A stretch of 53,421 bases of DNA from an uncultured Flavobacteriales bacterium (GTDB taxonomy: Bacteria; Bacteroidota; Bacteroidia; Flavobacteriales_D; CAYVSK01), in NCBI GenBank assembly GCA_964489175.1, contig CAZAYA010000003.1, positions 1-53,421 on the forward strand. The letters run 5' to 3'. The notes beneath the pieces were generated by a model that saw nothing but the letters and a program-made list of their open reading frames with translations, was not told the origin of the DNA and searched no databases. The position numbers were made by a program, and so were the translations under genes. Below, one piece after another: positions 35,934 through 46,108 of the stretch; positions within the stretch are counted from its first letter, which is position 1, and every line of letters starts with the position of its first letter.

Positions 35934-35965
35934 CAAAGGTATCCGATCCTCCTCCCCTTGCCAAA
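35934..35965 (-). promoter_or_regulatory. Putative Bacteroidota promoter (TTTG-N20-TACCTTTG) for the M42 peptidase gene
   Basis: The minus strand has TTTG (35965-35962), a 20-nt spacer, then TACCTTTG (35941-35934), 24 nt upstream of the ATG at 35909. Confidence 0.5.
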
Positions 35966-36030
35966 TGGCTTGGTGAAACGCCCACGGAATTGTTCTTATA
36001 TTAGTGGAGAGGGAAGTTCGTGAGGACCTT

Positions 36031-37137
36031 ATGAAACAAACATCCAACCTTATCCTGTTCTTTTTGTTCATGGGAAGTTCCCTGAACCTTTTTGCCCAGA
36101 AGGGACAGGATTCCGTCATCCTCAACAAGATCGATTCGATCGCGAACGCGGATTCCGCTGCTTTCCACCACCCTGAAGCGGATCGTCAGTACAATCAAGG
36201 CGTGGATGCCTTTGCAGCCGGAAATAAGGAAAAAGCGATCCGCCACTTTTCCAAAGCCATCGAGCTGGAACCTGAATACGCCAGGGCTTACCTGAACAGG
36301 GGATCTGTTTACCTATCGCAGCAAGATCATAAGCGAGCCATTGAAGACCTGAGCCGGGTGATCAGCCTCAACGACTCCCTTACCAAGGCTTTCTACAAGC
36401 GAGCCACGGCCTATGAAGCCTCCGGCGAACTGGACAAGGCCATTGAGGATCTCTCCCTGGCCATTCAAAAAGGCAGTGAGAACCCCCGTGTTTTCTACAA
36501 AAGAGGGGTACTCCACTTCAGGCAGGAACAGTATGATCAGGCGATCAATGACTTTTCCGAAACCATATCGCGGGAAAAGGACCATGCCTATGCCTACAAT
36601 GACCGGGGCAGTGCTAAGCTGGAAAAGGGAGATCGACAAGGAGCGATCCAGGATTATGAACAGGCCATCAAAGCCGACCCTTCTCTGGCACTAGCTTACA
36701 ACAACCTCGGCTCAGCCCTGAGAAAAGCCGACCAATACCAGAAAGCCATCGCCGAATACGACCAGGCCGTCCGGTTGAAGGAGGATTATTCGATCGCATA
36801 CAACAACAGGGGAAAGACCTATTACAAAATGGAACAATACCAGGAAGCCATCAAGGATTTCTCCAAAGCTGCGGAAATCGATAAGGATTATGCCCTGGCC
36901 TACCTGAACCGGGCAGGGGCTCACATCAAACTCGAGAACTGGCAGGAAGCCATCAGGGATTGTAACAAAGTCCTGAAGTTAGCTCCCCAGAGTGGTTATG
37001 CTTATCTGAACCGGGGCATTGCCAAAGAAATGACCAGAGATGTCCGCGGGGCCTGCAAGGATTGGAAGAAAGCCGGCGAAATGGGGGTCAGGTCCGCCCG
37101 GAAGTATCATCAGAATATCTGCAATACCGAACAATGA
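36031..37137 (+). CDS. Secreted tetratricopeptide-repeat protein
   Basis: The start is at MKQTSNLILFFLFMGSSLNLFAQ (signal peptide). About 9 consecutive 34-aa TPR units follow (A..Y.NRG..Y......A I.D...A I...P....AY.NRG). Confidence 0.9.
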   Translation: MKQTSNLILFFLFMGSSLNLFAQKGQDSVILNKIDSIANADSAAFHHPEADRQYNQGVDAFAAGNKEKAIRHFSKAIELEPEYARAYLNRGSVYLSQQDHKRAIEDLSRVISLNDSLTKAFYKRATAYEASGELDKAIEDLSLAIQKGSENPRVFYKRGVLHFRQEQYDQAINDFSETISREKDHAYAYNDRGSAKLEKGDRQGAIQDYEQAIKADPSLALAYNNLGSALRKADQYQKAIAEYDQAVRLKEDYSIAYNNRGKTYYKMEQYQEAIKDFSKAAEIDKDYALAYLNRAGAHIKLENWQEAIRDCNKVLKLAPQSGYAYLNRGIAKEMTRDVRGACKDWKKAGEMGVRSARKYHQNICNTEQ

Positions 37138-39317
37138 TGCTGAGGGGCTGGTCTCATATCCATTTTTCATCACCGGTAAAAAGCCGGTTGCTCCTTCCCC
37201 TGATGATCCTTTTCATGGGATTACCGACCATTGCATGGGGCCAGGAGAACGTGGAATTTTCCAAGGACAACTTCCGGAACGAAGTGGACAATTGGCGACG
37301 TAAGTTGAACGATGCTATCGATGCCATCGAACGGGGCGATGAACTCCTGATGCGAAGCCGCTTACTTTGGAAGCCCGCCCTGGAAGAATATCAAAAAGCC
37401 CAGGCCTTCAACCCCAGCAATGCAGCCCTGAATTTCAAGATCGGGCAATGCTTTCTCTATTCCCCGATCTACAAGTTCAAAGCCATTTCCTATTTCGAAA
37501 GGGCTTACCAACTGGATCCCAAAGTCCACCCCAAGATCCATTATTTCCTCGGCCGAGGCTACCACCTGCAGGAAAAGTGGGATCAGGCCATCAACGAATA
37601 CCTTCAGTACCGGAAAACGGTCAATGCGCAGGATGAAGCCCAAACCCTCGAATACGAAAAAGTGAACAAACGAATCCAAGAAGCCCGAACCGGGCAGAAA
37701 CTCAGTGCTCATCCGATCCGGGTATGGGTAGACAACCTCGGGGACAGCATCAACACGAAATATCCCGAATATGCCGCTATCATCAACGCGGACGAGAGCC
37801 TGCTCTTGTTCACCTCAAGGCGACCGAGCACAACAGGTGGGGAGAAAGTGGAAGGGCTCGACATGTACCATGAGGATATATACTACTCCAGGAAACGGGA
37901 GGACGGCACCTGGACAAAGGCCACCAATTTCAGCGAGAACATCAACACGGACGACCATGATGCCACTGTGGGCATTTCCCCGGATGGGCAAAAACTGCTC
38001 GTCTATAAGAGCGACAACGGGGACGGGAACATCTACGAAACCAAGAAGATCGACGGGGAATGGACGGAACCCGAAGTCCTGCACAAGCACGTCTCCTCCA
38101 AATATTACGAGAATTCCGCCTGGTACTCCTATGATGGCAAACGGCTCTATTTCATCAGTACCCGCCCTGATGGGAACATGGGTGAGGAAGATGCATCGCA
38201 TTACTGGGACAGAAGCAATCCCGGACCGGCCAGCAAGGATATCTGGGTGAGCGAATGGAATCCGGAAAAAGAACGCTGGAAAGAACCCGAGAACCTGGGG
38301 CCGACCATCAACACCAAATATGATGAAGACGGCATCTTCATGCACCCTGACGGAAAAACCCTTTACTTTTCCTCTCAGGGACATAACACCATGGGAGGAT
38401 ACGATATTTTCCGGTCCGTTAAGACCGATACCGGCTGGAGCAAACCCGAGAACATCGGATACCCTATTAATACTCCTGACAATGATGTCTTTTTCGTGGT
38501 ATCGGCCAGTGGCCGGCATGCTTATTACTCCTCTTTCAAACAAGAAGGGCAGGGTGAAAAGGACCTGTACCTCATCACCTTCCTGGGGCCTGAAAAAGAA
38601 CCCGTACTACAGACCGAGGACGATCTGATCGCCAGCCTCAACCAGCCTGTTGAGGAGGAAGTGATCGAGCCGAAAGTGGAGGTCCGCGAAAGCAACCTGG
38701 CCATCCTGAAGGGGTTGATCCGCAATGCCAAGAACCTGAGACCGCTCAAGGCCGACATTGAACTGACCAATAATGAGACCGGCGACATCATTTCCGAAAC
38801 CCGGTCGGATGCCGAATCCGGTAAATACCTCATCTCCCTCCCGGCCGGTAAAAATTATGGCATTGCCGTAAAAAAGGAAGGCTACCTTTTCCATTCCGAG
38901 AATTTCAAATTGCCGGATACTGCAGCCTATAAGGAGATCACCAAGAACATAGACATGCAGCCGATCGACGTGGGGAGCAAGATCATCCTCAAGAACATCT
39001 TCTTCGATTTCGACAAAGCTACCCTCCGGGATGAAAGTATTCCTGAGTTGAAAAGGGTCGCCCGGGTCCTGGAAGAGAACTCGAATATCCGGATCGAGCT
39101 TTCAGGCCATACCGACAGCCGGGGATCGGACAGCTACAACAAAAGGTTATCCGAGAAACGGGCCGAAGCAGTGGTCGATTACCTGGTCGACCACGGGATC
39201 GACAAAAACCGGCTGGAATCCAAAGGGTACGGGGAGGAGCAGCCGATCGCCACCAATGAAACGGAAGAAGGCCGGCAAAAGAACCGGCGAACGGAGTTCA
39301 AGATCATCAGCAAGTAG
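37134..39317 (+). CDS. OmpA-family protein with TPR, TolB-like PD40 beta-propeller repeats, a CarboxypepD_reg-like domain and a C-terminal OmpA peptidoglycan-binding domain
   Basis: The ATG overlaps the upstream stop (ATGA). The signal sequence is LLLPLMILFMGLPTIAWG. PD40-like repeats are SPDGQKLLVYKS, YSYDGKRLYFIS, MHPDGKTLYFSS and SASGRHAYYSS. The OmpA_C motif is NIFFDFDKATL...LSGHTDSRGSDSYNKRLSEKRAEAV..YL...GYGEE.P...N.T.EGR..NRRTEF. Confidence 0.93.
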   Translation: MMLRGWSHIHFSSPVKSRLLLPLMILFMGLPTIAWGQENVEFSKDNFRNEVDNWRRKLNDAIDAIERGDELLMRSRLLWKPALEEYQKAQAFNPSNAALNFKIGQCFLYSPIYKFKAISYFERAYQLDPKVHPKIHYFLGRGYHLQEKWDQAINEYLQYRKTVNAQDEAQTLEYEKVNKRIQEARTGQKLSAHPIRVWVDNLGDSINTKYPEYAAIINADESLLLFTSRRPSTTGGEKVEGLDMYHEDIYYSRKREDGTWTKATNFSENINTDDHDATVGISPDGQKLLVYKSDNGDGNIYETKKIDGEWTEPEVLHKHVSSKYYENSAWYSYDGKRLYFISTRPDGNMGEEDASHYWDRSNPGPASKDIWVSEWNPEKERWKEPENLGPTINTKYDEDGIFMHPDGKTLYFSSQGHNTMGGYDIFRSVKTDTGWSKPENIGYPINTPDNDVFFVVSASGRHAYYSSFKQEGQGEKDLYLITFLGPEKEPVLQTEDDLIASLNQPVEEEVIEPKVEVRESNLAILKGLIRNAKNLRPLKADIELTNNETGDIISETRSDAESGKYLISLPAGKNYGIAVKKEGYLFHSENFKLPDTAAYKEITKNIDMQPIDVGSKIILKNIFFDFDKATLRDESIPELKRVARVLEENSNIRIELSGHTDSRGSDSYNKRLSEKRAEAVVDYLVDHGIDKNRLESKGYGEEQPIATNETEEGRQKNRRTEFKIISK

Positions 39318-39352
39318 GCTCCTGCTTTATTCCTTTCCTACCTTAGCGGATC

Positions 39353-40369
39353 ATGGATTCCCTTACTCAGGTCGCACTTGGCGGTGCTGTAGGCGATGCG
39401 GTACTTGGTCAGAAAGCAGGCAACAAAGCTGTCCTGTGGGGAACTATCCTGGGAACTGTTCCAGACCTGGATGTGGTCACTTTCGCTTTTCTGGACATTG
39501 TTGAATTCACCCGCCTTCACCGTGGATTCTCTCATTCCCTGATCTTCATTCTCCTGGGAGGAGCTGTATTCGGTTCCCTGCTCCATCACTTCCACCGACG
39601 GTTATCGATCAGCCGCAAGGCCTGGGTATTTTTCAGCCTGTGGATACTGGGGACACATATATTGCTGGACTGCTTCACCACCTGGGGAACACAAGTGTTC
39701 TGGCCCTTTCAGTTGAAGGTAGCTTTCCAGAACATTTTCGTCATCGACCCGCTATACACGTTACCCCTTCTGCTATTCCTGATAGCGGCGATGAGAAAAC
39801 AAGGGAAAGCCCGTATCCGTATGACCCGGCTGGGCTTACTCCTCAGCTCTGCATACATGATCCTCACCCTTGGGAACAAAGCCTGGATGCAACACACTTT
39901 CCAACAAGCCTTTGATGAGCAGGAAAAAAGGATCCTTCGCTTCCAGGTTAAACCCACCCCGCTGAACAACCTGCTCTGGACCAGCATAGCAGAAACCCCG
40001 AAGGGCTTTCTGATCGGCTATCATTCGCTTCTGGATAACGCTCACCCCAAAAAATTCCTTTTCTACCCCAAACAACGGCAACACCTGCAGTCCCTTCAGC
40101 AATATGACAAATTCAACAAGCTACTCGAGACGACCCAGGGCTATTACCTTCTGCGGCAAGAGAATCCCGGAACATGGCTACTCCATGACCTCCGGTTCGG
40201 CGTAATGGACTTTGACCCTGGGACCCCCCAAAAGGAACGACCTGTTTTCACCTATCGCATCACGCCAGCACCCGGTGGGAAACTTTCCATCAAAAGAACA
40301 GAAGGAGCCTCCACGATCCGGAAGCAAGACCTGTCAACCTTTTGGGAGCGGATCAAGGGAATCTCTTAA
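39353..40369 (+). CDS. Membrane-bound metal-dependent hydrolase (YdjM/YbcI, DUF457 family)
   Basis: 338 aa. It has the N-terminal MDSLTQVALGGAVG...GTILGTVPDLDV and HRGFSHSL motifs typical of the family. Confidence 0.8.
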   Translation: MDSLTQVALGGAVGDAVLGQKAGNKAVLWGTILGTVPDLDVVTFAFLDIVEFTRLHRGFSHSLIFILLGGAVFGSLLHHFHRRLSISRKAWVFFSLWILGTHILLDCFTTWGTQVFWPFQLKVAFQNIFVIDPLYTLPLLLFLIAAMRKQGKARIRMTRLGLLLSSAYMILTLGNKAWMQHTFQQAFDEQEKRILRFQVKPTPLNNLLWTSIAETPKGFLIGYHSLLDNAHPKKFLFYPKQRQHLQSLQQYDKFNKLLETTQGYYLLRQENPGTWLLHDLRFGVMDFDPGTPQKERPVFTYRITPAPGGKLSIKRTEGASTIRKQDLSTFWERIKGIS

Positions 40370-40836
40370 TGCTGGTTGTTCAACCGCCTGCTATCAGCAA
40401 AGGGACGTTTGAAATACTGCATCCCCATCAAGGTGAAGATCGCCCCTGAACTGACCCCCTCAAAGAATATGGCTCCAGCTACAGCTACCGGCGTGAGGTA
40501 ATCCCCGAACATGACATGCTGTCGTATATGTTCCATGAAAAGGGTATCGACCCGCAGGTAGATGTACAGGAAGACCGTGAACAGCGCTACTGCTGAAAAG
40601 GTAGTCCACAATCCCAACGTCATTCCTTTCAGGTAAGTAAGGTCTTCCCGGTACTCATCGTTGAAATGCCACAGGACGAACCCGATCCCAGCACCGAGAA
40701 TAAGGAAATTCAATATCCTCAACTCCACGACTTCCACAAGACCGGCAAGGTTCATCAGCATGAAATAGGCGATCAACCCTAAAGCTGTAACGCCTCCTGT
40801 GCTCAAGGTCAAATACCTTTCTTTCGGATCCTTCAT
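40366..40836 (-). CDS. Small integral membrane protein (4 TM; possibly DUF4199-like)
   Basis: 156 aa with four hydrophobic segments and no catalytic motif. The family guess is weak. Confidence 0.6.
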   Translation of the reverse strand: MKDPKERYLTLSTGGVTALGLIAYFMLMNLAGLVEVVELRILNFLILGAGIGFVLWHFNDEYREDLTYLKGMTLGLWTTFSAVALFTVFLYIYLRVDTLFMEHIRQHVMFGDYLTPVAVAGAIFFEGVSSGAIFTLMGMQYFKRPFADSRRLNNQH

Positions 40837-40942
40837 ACACTACCCTCCTTTCTTCTTGAAGTTCCACAAACATTTCTCATAAGGATATACGAACCTTATA
40901 AAGAACGTGTTACAGGTAAAAAAATACCAGAAAAGGCCCGAT

Positions 40943-43087
40943 CTATTTTCGAAGTCCGAGCACGTAATCCCCCTTCCGAACAGAAGGCAGAGCGATCGTT
41001 CCCTTGCGATCCGTTTTTTCGCTTCCCGGCCTCACTTCGGCTTTTTCCAGGAGTTGCCAGTCCTCACCTCCAGAAGAGCGGAAAAAAACGACGAGGTTCT
41101 CTTCCCGGAACCATTCCTCATTCATCATTAATGCATCAAGACCTCCCTGAGAGGATCTTCCATCATAAGGGGTCCTCAACTCACCTTTCAATTCCCCATT
41201 CCAGACTCCATCCACCGACCAATAATGTTGTTTGGTGAGTCTGAACTCCATTTGTCCATCCTGCAAGGGTGCCGGAAGCGTGAGGTGATGGGTCAGCGCT
41301 ACAAATGCCTCCTGGGGGTGCTCGAGTTTCAGGGTCAGGTCACTGTAGATCCCTTCATAGGTCCCTTCCGAAGTAATCCGAAGGGTATCGGTGAGGGTCG
41401 CATCACTGACGGCCCCTCCCAGGTTCAACCCCACATATGCCGGAGTGATCTCACTCTGGAAGGTCTCCGTATGGTAGGAACCTGACATTTGAAAGTGATG
41501 TTCCCTGACCCTGCCATCGTGGGTCATCAAGGTAAGGGTCAGCGGGACCCCTGTAAAATAATCAGGGGCATAATACCGCTGTTGCTCCACGTTCACCCGA
41601 ACCTTTCCTGCTTCAATCTTCCACGAATCGACCGCAAAATGAGGATACCCCCGTTGGAAGATCCACTGATCGAAGAAAGCCTTCACGTCCTTATCGGTCA
41701 TGCCATCCAGATGATCCCGGAAAGTACAGGAACTGAGTGTATCGAAAGCATGTGTTCTCAACAACTCCTGAAGTCCTGCAAAGAACAAACTATCCCCCAG
41801 GAAACTCCGGAGGGTATGTACTACATCTCCCCCTTTGTCATACACATGGGAGCCGTAAGTATAGGCATGAGGGGGGCCGTAGACCGCACGATGTTTTCCA
41901 CCATCCCTGGCAGCAGCTTCCATAAGCGCTTTTTTATGATTGTCCTTAACAGCCTTCAGGTAAGCTGGCCGCCCTCCCACAGTCTCCTGAAAAAGGAATT
42001 CAGAATAGGTTGCCATTCCCTCGTTGATCCACATGTCGGAAGCAGAAGCACAGGTGACGAGATTTCCCCACCAATGATGAGAAAGCTCATGGACCATCAG
42101 GTCCTCGCTGGCCATGGAACCCACTGCACGTTCAGGATAGGCAATGTTGGTAGCATGCTCCATAGCTCCTCCGGCAAAAGGCACCAACAGATACCCCACC
42201 CTGTCCCAGTGATAGGGACCGAATGCTTTTTCATACCCATTCAAAGCAGCTTCCAGCCGGGAAAAAGAACTCCGGACCGCTCCGGTGTCGGAAGTTTGGG
42301 CAGCTATCCGGACCGGAACCGTATCCCCGGTAATGCTCCGATAAGTCCATTCCACGAACTCATACTCCCCCACTCCCACTGATACCAGATAAGTCGGGAC
42401 CGGGTCATCCAGTTCCCAGTGGAATTCCCTTCCCTTTCCGTTCCGTTCCGAACCCTGAAAGTTTCCGCTACAAATGGCCCGCATTTTCTCCGGAACCGTG
42501 ATATGAAAGGAATAGGTGGCCCTGTCCACGAAGTTATCCACGCAAGGGAACCAAACCCTTCCGTAATTATGCGGGTCAGCCTGAAAGCCGACCCCCAGGT
42601 TGAAAGCCTTTCCTTGTTCAAAGTAAAAGCCCCCCCATCCAGAAGGGTCCGTGACCGGACTTCCCTCATAATGAACGGTAAGGGAAAAAGTATCGGCAGG
42701 GGAGATAGGTTTTTTCAAAGGGACGGTCAGGAGCGTATCGTTATAATGAAAGTCCAAAGGATCATCCTGATAAAGGACCCGGGAAACATTCAAACCGAGA
42801 AGGTCCAGAGCAACCCCCTTCAACCCGTCACCAGTCGCGGTCATCCGTACCCTGCAATGCCCACTGACCTGCTCTTCTTCGGGATCAATGAAAAGCGTGA
42901 GGTCATAATGGAGCACATTCAGCGAATCGGAACGAGCAGAAGCTGTCAATTGTCGGGTACCCTTCAATGCATCTTCTGCAGCAACCCTGTATCGATGACA
43001 AGGATAGCGAACCTGTCCGTCAGCCGTCCCATAATAGCACCCAACGAAGAAAACGATAAGGCGTATTGGCCAAAAGTAATGCCTCAT
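40943..43087 (-). CDS. M1 family metallopeptidase (aminopeptidase N-like)
   Basis: 714 aa with a signal peptide and a GAMEH exopeptidase motif. The zinc signature HELSHHWWGNLVT-x-WINEGMATYSE is of the HExxH-x18-E type. Confidence 0.93.
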   Translation of the reverse strand: MRHYFWPIRLIVFFVGCYYGTADGQVRYPCHRYRVAAEDALKGTRQLTASARSDSLNVLHYDLTLFIDPEEEQVSGHCRVRMTATGDGLKGVALDLLGLNVSRVLYQDDPLDFHYNDTLLTVPLKKPISPADTFSLTVHYEGSPVTDPSGWGGFYFEQGKAFNLGVGFQADPHNYGRVWFPCVDNFVDRATYSFHITVPEKMRAICSGNFQGSERNGKGREFHWELDDPVPTYLVSVGVGEYEFVEWTYRSITGDTVPVRIAAQTSDTGAVRSSFSRLEAALNGYEKAFGPYHWDRVGYLLVPFAGGAMEHATNIAYPERAVGSMASEDLMVHELSHHWWGNLVTCASASDMWINEGMATYSEFLFQETVGGRPAYLKAVKDNHKKALMEAAARDGGKHRAVYGPPHAYTYGSHVYDKGGDVVHTLRSFLGDSLFFAGLQELLRTHAFDTLSSCTFRDHLDGMTDKDVKAFFDQWIFQRGYPHFAVDSWKIEAGKVRVNVEQQRYYAPDYFTGVPLTLTLMTHDGRVREHHFQMSGSYHTETFQSEITPAYVGLNLGGAVSDATLTDTLRITSEGTYEGIYSDLTLKLEHPQEAFVALTHHLTLPAPLQDGQMEFRLTKQHYWSVDGVWNGELKGELRTPYDGRSSQGGLDALMMNEEWFREENLVVFFRSSGGEDWQLLEKAEVRPGSEKTDRKGTIALPSVRKGDYVLGLRK

Positions 43088-43371
43088 ATGAAATGGAAAA
43101 AGGTCTTGCGAAGGAAACCAGGGTTATTCGTCATACTACTCCAAATAAAACCATTTCGATTCTTTTCCAAACCAAGCTCATGATCCGAATAAATTTTTGT
43201 TATCTTAATGGAATATATGCCCAAAATAAGCATAATCGGTTGGTTGTATATATCAGCAAACTCCTTGATCTTAATTTCAGGATTTCAAGAGTTAACCAAA
43301 ATCTTTTCTCCATCAATGTTTTTTCCTTAACACTTTTGACCAACGAGAATACAAGAATATGATCATCAATT

Positions 43372-44925
43372 ATGAAACCATCGCCTGAACTATTCAACCT
43401 GATCAGGTCCATGACACGGTCCGAGAAGCGTTTTTTCAAGCTTCACTCTTCCCTGCAATCCGGAAGCAAGAACTACCTGAAGCTTTTCGATGCCATCGAG
43501 AAACAAAAGCAGTACGATGAAGAAGCCCTGAAAACACAATTCAAAGGAGAGACCTTCATCAAACACCTTCCTTCGGAAAAGAACCACCTTTTCAAACTGA
43601 TCCTGAAAAGTCTTCGTGCTTATCACTCCGACAATTCAGCCAATTCAACCCTCAAGGAAGAATTGAAGAACATTGATATTCTTTACCGCAAACGCCTCTT
43701 TAAAGAATGTAAAAAGATCCTGAAAAAGGCGAAGAAATTCGCGACCCAGAACGATAAATTCTACTTCCTGTCCGAGATCATCAGTTGGGAGAAAAAGTTG
43801 ATGCTGGAGGATTTCGAAGCCGGGAAGTTCACTTCCGATCTTGATGGGCTGATCGAAGAGGAGAAGGATGCGATCGAAAAGCTTAGGAACATAGCAGATT
43901 ATAACATCCTTGTGACCAGGTCCCATTTTGCCTACAAAGGGGGTGGTTATGCCAGGGCTGAAAAGGAGAAGAAGTTGGCCGAAGAGATCAAGAACGACCC
44001 ATTGGTACAGAATGTGAATAATGCCTTATCCAAAAGAGCGACGGTCCTCTGTCATTATATCCGGGGGATCGTCCACAGGGCAGACCTGGATCTTGAAGAG
44101 ATGTTCAAGGATTTCTCCCAGGTAAGGAAATTATTGGAGGATAACCATTACCTCAAACAAGACCTGCCTCTTATTTATGCCTATGCCCTGAATTGCCAAC
44201 GCAGCTATTATCTCAAGAAAAGAAATTTCAGGTCTGCAAGAAAGACCCTGAATGAATTAGCGGACTTGTCCAAGGAAAAGATCTTCCAGAATCCGAACCC
44301 GAAAGTACGACTCTTCATGTACAAGTATGTGGGGGAGATGCTCTACCTGCTTGAGACCGGCCAGCATTATAAAGTCCATGACCTGATGAAGAAAATAGAG
44401 CTCGAGGGCGGGTTCGAAGGCAAGATCAGCAAAGAACATGAGCTGATCTTCGATTACAACATCTCCGGCCTTTATTTTGGTATCGGGGAATACAACAAAT
44501 CCCTTTACTGGCTGAATAAGATCCTCAACGACAATGAGAGCATCCTTCGGCAGGATATCTACAGCTACTCCCGGCTGGTCAACCTTATTCTTCACTATGA
44601 ACTGGGCAATTACGACCTGATCGATTATATCACGAAATCCACCTCCCGCTTCCTTTCCAAGCGAGAAAGAGATACCAGGGCCGAACCCCTCCTCCTGAAG
44701 TACATCAAAAAACTTCCCCGCTTAAGCGACAGGGAAGAAGAACTCCAGGCTTTGTTCAGGGAAATGAAAGCCGAATTGGAAGCATTGTTCCGGGAAGACA
44801 AGGAAGAACAGGTGATCATGGAATATTTCGATGTCATCAGCTGGCTGGACAGCAAGATAGAAGGAATCCCCTTTTATAAAGTAATCAAAAAAAAACATGA
44901 AGAAGACGAACCGGTAATAGCCTGA
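43372..44925 (+). CDS. Hypothetical all-helical (TPR-like?) protein
   Basis: 517 aa, K/E/L/N/Y-rich, with no signal peptide and no motif I recognise. It is preceded by a 284-bp AT-rich intergenic region. Confidence 0.75.
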   Translation: MKPSPELFNLIRSMTRSEKRFFKLHSSLQSGSKNYLKLFDAIEKQKQYDEEALKTQFKGETFIKHLPSEKNHLFKLILKSLRAYHSDNSANSTLKEELKNIDILYRKRLFKECKKILKKAKKFATQNDKFYFLSEIISWEKKLMLEDFEAGKFTSDLDGLIEEEKDAIEKLRNIADYNILVTRSHFAYKGGGYARAEKEKKLAEEIKNDPLVQNVNNALSKRATVLCHYIRGIVHRADLDLEEMFKDFSQVRKLLEDNHYLKQDLPLIYAYALNCQRSYYLKKRNFRSARKTLNELADLSKEKIFQNPNPKVRLFMYKYVGEMLYLLETGQHYKVHDLMKKIELEGGFEGKISKEHELIFDYNISGLYFGIGEYNKSLYWLNKILNDNESILRQDIYSYSRLVNLILHYELGNYDLIDYITKSTSRFLSKRERDTRAEPLLLKYIKKLPRLSDREEELQALFREMKAELEALFREDKEEQVIMEYFDVISWLDSKIEGIPFYKVIKKKHEEDEPVIA

Positions 44926-44928
44926 CCC

Positions 44929-45942
44929 TTAAAAAATATTGACCTCGGGCTCGAGTTCGACCCCGAAACGGGTCCGGATGTCCTTTCTGATCTTTTCGGA
45001 AAGGCGACGCACTTCTTCCCCGGAGGCCCCTCCGTAGTTGACCAACACCAAGGCCTGGCGCTCATGAACGCCGCAACGGGCTTCCCGATGCCCCTTCCAT
45101 CCGGCCTGTTCGATCAACCAACCGGCTGCTAGTTTAACCTCCCCCCCCGGAAGAGGGTATCCCTTGATACCAGGATTTTCAGTTTTCAAACGGGTGAAAA
45201 CAGCCTCATTGACCACAGGATTCTTGAAAAAACTTCCTGCATTCCCCAGTTCTTCAGGGTCGGGAAGTTTGCTCCGCCGGATATTGATCACAGCCTGACT
45301 GACCGCCCGGATATCGACTTCACCCACTCCCATCCGCTCCAACTCCTGCTCCAGTGTGCCATAAGATACGTTCACCTGTGGGTTCTTCGACAACCGAAGG
45401 ATCACCCGCGTGATCACAAAACGACCTTTGGCCCCTCTCTTGAAGATACTATCACGATAACCGAATTCACAATCCCGGGCGGAAAAAGTACGTACCGTCA
45501 GGTCCTCGAGATCCAAAGCTTCCAATTCCTCGAAAACATCCTTGAGCTCTGTGCCATAAGCACCGATATTCTGAATGGGAGAAGCCCCCACACTACCGGG
45601 AATAAGGGACAGGTTCTCAACCCCTCCGTAAGACTGGTCCACACAATACAGAACGAACTGATGCCAGTTCTCTCCCGCTCCGACCCTGACCTTACAGCTG
45701 GCTTCATCCTCTTCCACCAACTCGATCCCCGTGATACCGTTCCGGATTACTAACCCTGCTACATCCCGGGTGAACAAAAGGTTGCTGCCCCCCCCGAGGA
45801 TCAATCTGTTCTGATCCTGGCTGCCGGAAAGGACCTCTTTCAACGCTTCCTCGCTCACCACTTCCGTGAAGCGTTCCGCTTTAACATCGATCCCGAATGT
45901 ATTGTATGGGAGGAGAGAATGGTCGTGGAGCAAACGGATCAT
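44929..45942 (-). CDS. murB: UDP-N-acetylenolpyruvoylglucosamine reductase
   Basis: 337 aa. The FAD-binding N-terminus is NTFGIDV...LILGGGSNLLF, the catalytic region is GSFFKNP, and the C-terminus is ...LEPEVNIF. Confidence 0.95.
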   Translation of the reverse strand: MIRLLHDHSLLPYNTFGIDVKAERFTEVVSEEALKEVLSGSQDQNRLILGGGSNLLFTRDVAGLVIRNGITGIELVEEDEASCKVRVGAGENWHQFVLYCVDQSYGGVENLSLIPGSVGASPIQNIGAYGTELKDVFEELEALDLEDLTVRTFSARDCEFGYRDSIFKRGAKGRFVITRVILRLSKNPQVNVSYGTLEQELERMGVGEVDIRAVSQAVINIRRSKLPDPEELGNAGSFFKNPVVNEAVFTRLKTENPGIKGYPLPGGEVKLAAGWLIEQAGWKGHREARCGVHERQALVLVNYGGASGEEVRRLSEKIRKDIRTRFGVELEPEVNIF

Positions 45943-45991
45943 ACGAAAACGCAGGGATCAACGTTAGGGGTCATGATAACGATAAGGTAGG

Positions 45992-45999
45992 CAAATGTA
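45992..45999 (-). promoter_or_regulatory. Putative -7 promoter box (TAnnTTTG) for murB
   Basis: The minus strand reads TACATTTG, about 50 nt upstream of the murB ATG at 45942. Confidence 0.35.
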
Positions 46000-46080
46000 A
46001 AAGATCCGGGTGCAGTCCTCTTCCCCGAATACGATTCCTTTCGCCCATCTTCCCCTTCGCCTTCAAATAGCAGGTTTTGG

Positions 46081-46088
46081 TACTTTTG
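46081..46088 (+). promoter_or_regulatory. Putative -7 promoter box (TAnnTTTG) for the glycosyltransferase pair
   Basis: TACTTTTG is an exact match 20 nt upstream of an in-frame TTG at 46109 (MNKKILIAVTNDL...). Confidence 0.4.
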
Positions 46089-46108
46089 TATGTGGAAAAG
46101 CCCGTCCC

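Noticed and set aside
35910-36128. Upstream extensions of the M42 peptidase ORF (to 36128) and of the TPR ORF (from 36004).
   Set aside because: The extensions overlap each other and the predicted TTTG-N20-TACCTTTG promoter. The internal ATGs at 35909 and 36031 give a canonical M42 N-terminus and a clean signal peptide respectively.
41489-42382. A family of long antisense or out-of-frame ORFs inside real genes: 11531..12445, 27120..28052, 26358..27074, 35181..36023, 37815..38543, 41489..42382, 46211..47098, 49919..50524, 50597..51319 and 51401..51946.
   Set aside because: The cause appears to be the same. I checked the codon alignment only for 11531..12445 against ftsH. Depletion of TTA/CTA/TCA keeps the mirror frame open. 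All of them overlap genes with unambiguous family motifs and have compositionally odd translations.
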